Shown piece after piece: positions 36,170 to 39,121 of a DNA stretch of 39,121 nucleotides. How positions within the stretch are numbered: the first letter of the stretch is position 1; each line of letters begins with the position of its first letter. The position numbers and the translations under genes are program-made. The notes under the pieces were generated by a model that saw nothing but the letters and a program-made list of their open reading frames with translations, had not been told where the DNA came from and searched no databases. Source of the stretch: Chiloscyllium plagiosum (taxonomy: Eukaryota); the NCBI RefSeq assembly GCF_004010195.1, contig NC_057718.1:88165780-88204900 (forward strand), in the 5' to 3' direction.

Positions 36170-36291
36170 CTTTTAGATGAGATCATGAAGCTAAATGATG
36201 ATCCTAAAATCAGGGGCTTGGTTCTGCCCCACAACCTTGTCATGAGTGATGCAGCAATAAATGCAGTGCTTCCTGAGAAAGATATTGATGG
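36170..36291 (+). CDS. MTHFD1L: MTHFD1L coding exon 5 (122 bp)
   Basis: tacag| acceptor, GG|GTAAGT donor; LLDEIMKLNDDPKIRGLVLPHNLVMSDAAINAVLPEKDIDG with the FolD-family PEKD(V/I)DG motif. Confidence 0.95.
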
Positions 36292-37419
36292 GTAAGTGTC
36301 CTCTATTTTTGGCAATATATAAGCATTCTCCACTAGCATCTGCTGGTGCATCATGAGAGTTTCACATTCATTGGAGAGGCAAGCCTTGGGGCAGATACAA
36401 ATAGAATTTAAGACACATATTAATATTAAATTACAGAGCATGGATATCAGATGATTGCAAACATGATTTGAGAAGTGACCGGAGAATGGATAAGAGAAGC
36501 ATAGCAAGGTAGTGCAGAATCAAATAGGACTGGGGAAGATAATGAAGTTAGGATATATTTGCTTATGTGGATAAGATTTAAAATCAAAGCACTTCTCCTT
36601 AGAGAAGCCAACATTGGGAAGGTGTTTTGACAAAAGAACTGAAAGTGACAGGAGACAAAAACTTTTATGTAAGAATGGACAGGATCTGGAATGGCCTGAG
36701 TGGTGAAAACAGATTTAGTTGTACCTTTCAAATAAAATTTGGATGAGCATCTGGAGGGGAGAGATATCAAGGCTACAGAGAAATGGTGGGGGTGTGGAAG
36801 AAACTAAGTTGCTTTTGAAGTGAGCCAATATTTTCTTACTGTGGTGTAACTGTTCTATCATTTTGTGCTGCAATAGCAGCTGATATAGGTCAATGAGCAG
36901 AGGGATGATGGGTGAATGCCTCTTGATTCAAGTTAGAGAACAGGATTTTGGATAAATTGAAGGTGATGACCGATGGAAAGCAGTCATTGGAAGCAGGGGA
37001 GTCTGGAGATGAAAACCACTTGTCAGTTAAATGCATGAAGTTTGCTAATCTCACAGTCAGAGGAGTAGTGCCAACACATTTTCAAAACACATTCTCTCAA
37101 TGCAGGCATTGCGGGCAAAGCAGTTATTTAGTGCCTACACTAGTTACTCAGAGAAACTAGTTGGGATGTCCCATCTTGAATCATTGCAGTCTGTGATGTA
37201 GGTTCACCCACATCATTTGGAATGCCTGCTCTGCTGTTGAAAATACAGCATGTATGTGAGTGGCCCACATTTCTTTCTGCCCCATGCTAGGATTGTAGTG
37301 AATATCCAGGAAAATATACAGACTCTCTATTGTTGCGTAGAGTCTATGTTCTGTGTGGAAATTGATTTGCAACAAAAGTCTGGTTTGTAACAATCTATTC
37401 ATGTGTCCTTCCTTACCAG

Positions 37420-37520
37420 AATCACAGATGTTAATTTAGGAAGACTAGTCCGTGGGAATTTTAATGAATGCTTTGTACCACCGGCAGCAAGTGCAATAAT
37501 AGAATTACTGGAACAAGCAG
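37420..37520 (+). CDS. MTHFD1L: MTHFD1L coding exon 6 (101 bp)
   Basis: ccttccttaccag| acceptor, CAG|GTGAGA donor; ITDVNLGRLVRGNFNECFVPPAASAIIELLEQA corresponds to VTDINLGKLVRGDAHECFVSPVAKAVIELLEKS. Confidence 0.96.
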
Positions 37521-37609
37521 GTGAGAAGTGCAGGCACACCACATGGAATCACTCATTCCTCAAACATGTAGTGGCCTCTGCATTGACTCCTTTTACACCT
37601 GTCTTACAG

Positions 37610-37746
37610 ATTTGTGCGCTTTTGGAAAGAAGGTCTTAATTGTAGGTGAGAATGGTTCACGAGAAGCAACCCTGCAGAAACTTTTACAGATGAAAGGGAT
37701 GGTAGTTGTGAACTGCCAATGGCAGAACACAAACATCACGGAACTG
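37610..37746 (+). CDS. MTHFD1L: MTHFD1L coding exon 7 (137 bp); gene continues beyond the window
   Basis: gtcttacag| acceptor, CTG|GTAAGA donor; DLCAFGKKVLIVGENGSREATLQKLLQMKGMVVVNCQWQNTNITEL corresponds to GVNLDGKKILVVGAHGSLEAALQCLFQRKG; lacks the GRSxxVG motif of MTHFD1/FolD, favouring MTHFD1L. Confidence 0.94.
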
Positions 37747-38374
37747 GTAAGAACCCTCATTCAACCTGTGAGGTATTGAAAATAGGAGAAAGCAGTTTAA
37801 AATTAAACACTAAATAAAAACTGAAACCTTTCGCTTCCAGTTCAGTGAATTCTGAAACATTAATTCTGATTTCTTTCACATGCTGCCAGATGTGCTTAAC
37901 TTTTCCAGCAATTTTTGTTTTTGTTTAAACACTACTTAGAAGTTTCAGTCAAATAGTTCATTAAAACTAACTTCAAAGAAAAGAGTTAACAAAATTCTGA
38001 GAGGAATTGCCTAAACCAAGTAAGTAGTTTTTACCATGTGAAATATATTTCTCAATATGTTTTCAATTGCTATTTTACGCAATTTCCTTTTAGCTGAATT
38101 TCAGAAATGCACTACAAGAAAATCATTTAAAATTTTGCAAAAAAAGGGAAAATTTGAGGAAATCATTCTTGCAGTTCACATGATTTTTTACCTCTTTTTC
38201 TTGAAGCTGTTTAGTTGTTGCAGAGAATTATAGGATATCTCTGGAGAGGAAAAATGCAAGTGCTTTTCCTATACCTGAAATTTTGCTGTAGTCAATGTTT
38301 TTTGTGCCCAGTTCAGGTATCCTCAAAGTTTGGAGCTAGGGAAAAGGCAGAAAAAAGCTGCTTTGGAATAATTC

Positions 38375-38965
38375 TTTTTCACTTGTTCAAGGGATGTGGG
38401 TGGCATTGGCAAGGCCAGCATTTGTTTCCCATCCTTAATTGCTATTGAGAAGGTGTTGATGAGCTTCAGCTAATGTAGTCTATGTGCTATAGGTGTATCC
38501 ACAGTGCTATTAAGGAGTTCTAGGATTTTGATCCACTGACAATAAAGGAGCAGCAATGTAGTTGCAAGTCACAATGGTGTGCAACTTGGATGGAACTTGT
38601 AGGTGGTGGTGTTCCCAAGCATCTGCTATTCTTGTTCTTCTATGTTGTGTAGATTGCAGGTTTGGAAAGTGGTGTTGAAGCAGGCTTCATGATATACTGC
38701 AATGCATCTTGTTATGCTGTCACTGTGAAGGGAGTGAATGTTACAGTTGGAGGATGGATTTCTAATACGATAGGCTGCTTTGTCTTGGATGATGTTGAGC
38801 TGCTTGAGTATTGTTGGAAGTGCACCCATCCAGGCAATTGAATAGTATGGAGTCCAGGATGTCAGGTAAGCCATCTGATAAAAACAGTGGAGGATTCAAG
38901 AGAGTTTGTGATGGGATAAAGTTGACAGTCAGCTGTATATATGTGAAAACTTGACACTGTTCCCA
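38375..38965 (-). mobile_element. LINE 3' end (CR1/L2 group)
   Basis: YSIAWMGALPTILKQLNIIQDKAAYRI...NIHSLH resembles a LINE ORF2 C-terminus. Confidence 0.65.
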
Positions 38966-38969
38966 CTTC

Positions 38970-39121
38970 TGGATCAGTGGTGCTGGAAAAGCACAGCAAT
39001 TTAGGCAGCATCCGAGGACAGGCAAAATCGATGTTTCGGGCAAAAGCCCTTCATCAGGAATAAAGGCAGAGAGCCTGAAGCGTGGAGAGATAAGCTAGAG
39101 GAGGGTGGGGGTGGGGAGAAA
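38970..39121 (-). mobile_element. Penelope-like terminal repeat running off the window end
   Basis: Near-identical reverse complement of 261-413. Confidence 0.88.
39030..39057 (-). ncRNA. Minimal hammerhead motif (ACGT to ACAT)
   Basis: Reverse complement reads CTGATGA-A-GGGC tttt GCCC-GAAA-CATC. Confidence 0.65.

Noticed and set aside
12293..37746. MTHFD1 or MTHFD2 instead of MTHFD1L
   Set aside because: The N-terminal extension, missing YxxxK and GRSxxVG motifs and the HICLP and ECFV motifs fit MTHFD1L.
325..39057. CRISPR array or bacterial terminators from repeated hairpins
   Set aside because: Copies are dispersed in both orientations with no repeat-spacer periodicity or cas genes, and the DNA is eukaryotic.
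4045..39121. Recurrent short ORFs such as MLEIRAEKCVAGKAQQ and LLLLGCCLTCCAFPA as a peptide gene family
   Set aside because: They are translations of the non-coding Penelope-like terminal repeat in varying frames, with no consistent start or stop.
37747..39121. MTHFD1L exon 8
   Set aside because: No acceptor followed by an ADIVV-like peptide was found; it probably lies beyond the window.

Overview
Repeat-rich vertebrate genomic DNA, most likely from a cartilaginous fish (inferred from HE1-like and Deu-domain SINEs and shark-type CR1, L1/Tx1 and Penelope-like elements; species not determinable). The one host gene is the 5' part of MTHFD1L on the + strand: a CpG-island promoter at ~11.95-12.5 kb and coding exons 1-7 (12293-37746), which splice with GT-AG junctions into 240 uninterrupted codons; the gene continues past the window. 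Almost all other ORF-track hits are decayed retroelements, including a full-length ~6 kb L1-clade LINE in intron 3. The most notable signal is about ten recognisable minimal type I hammerhead ribozyme motifs, plus several decayed ones, carried by at least four Penelope-like terminal-repeat families. They show stem covariation and include a U3-A8 compensatory core variant. Several sit in short fold-back insertions with 11-14 bp target-site duplications whose inversion points fall in or beside the ribozyme. Repeat boundaries were read by eye and are approximate.
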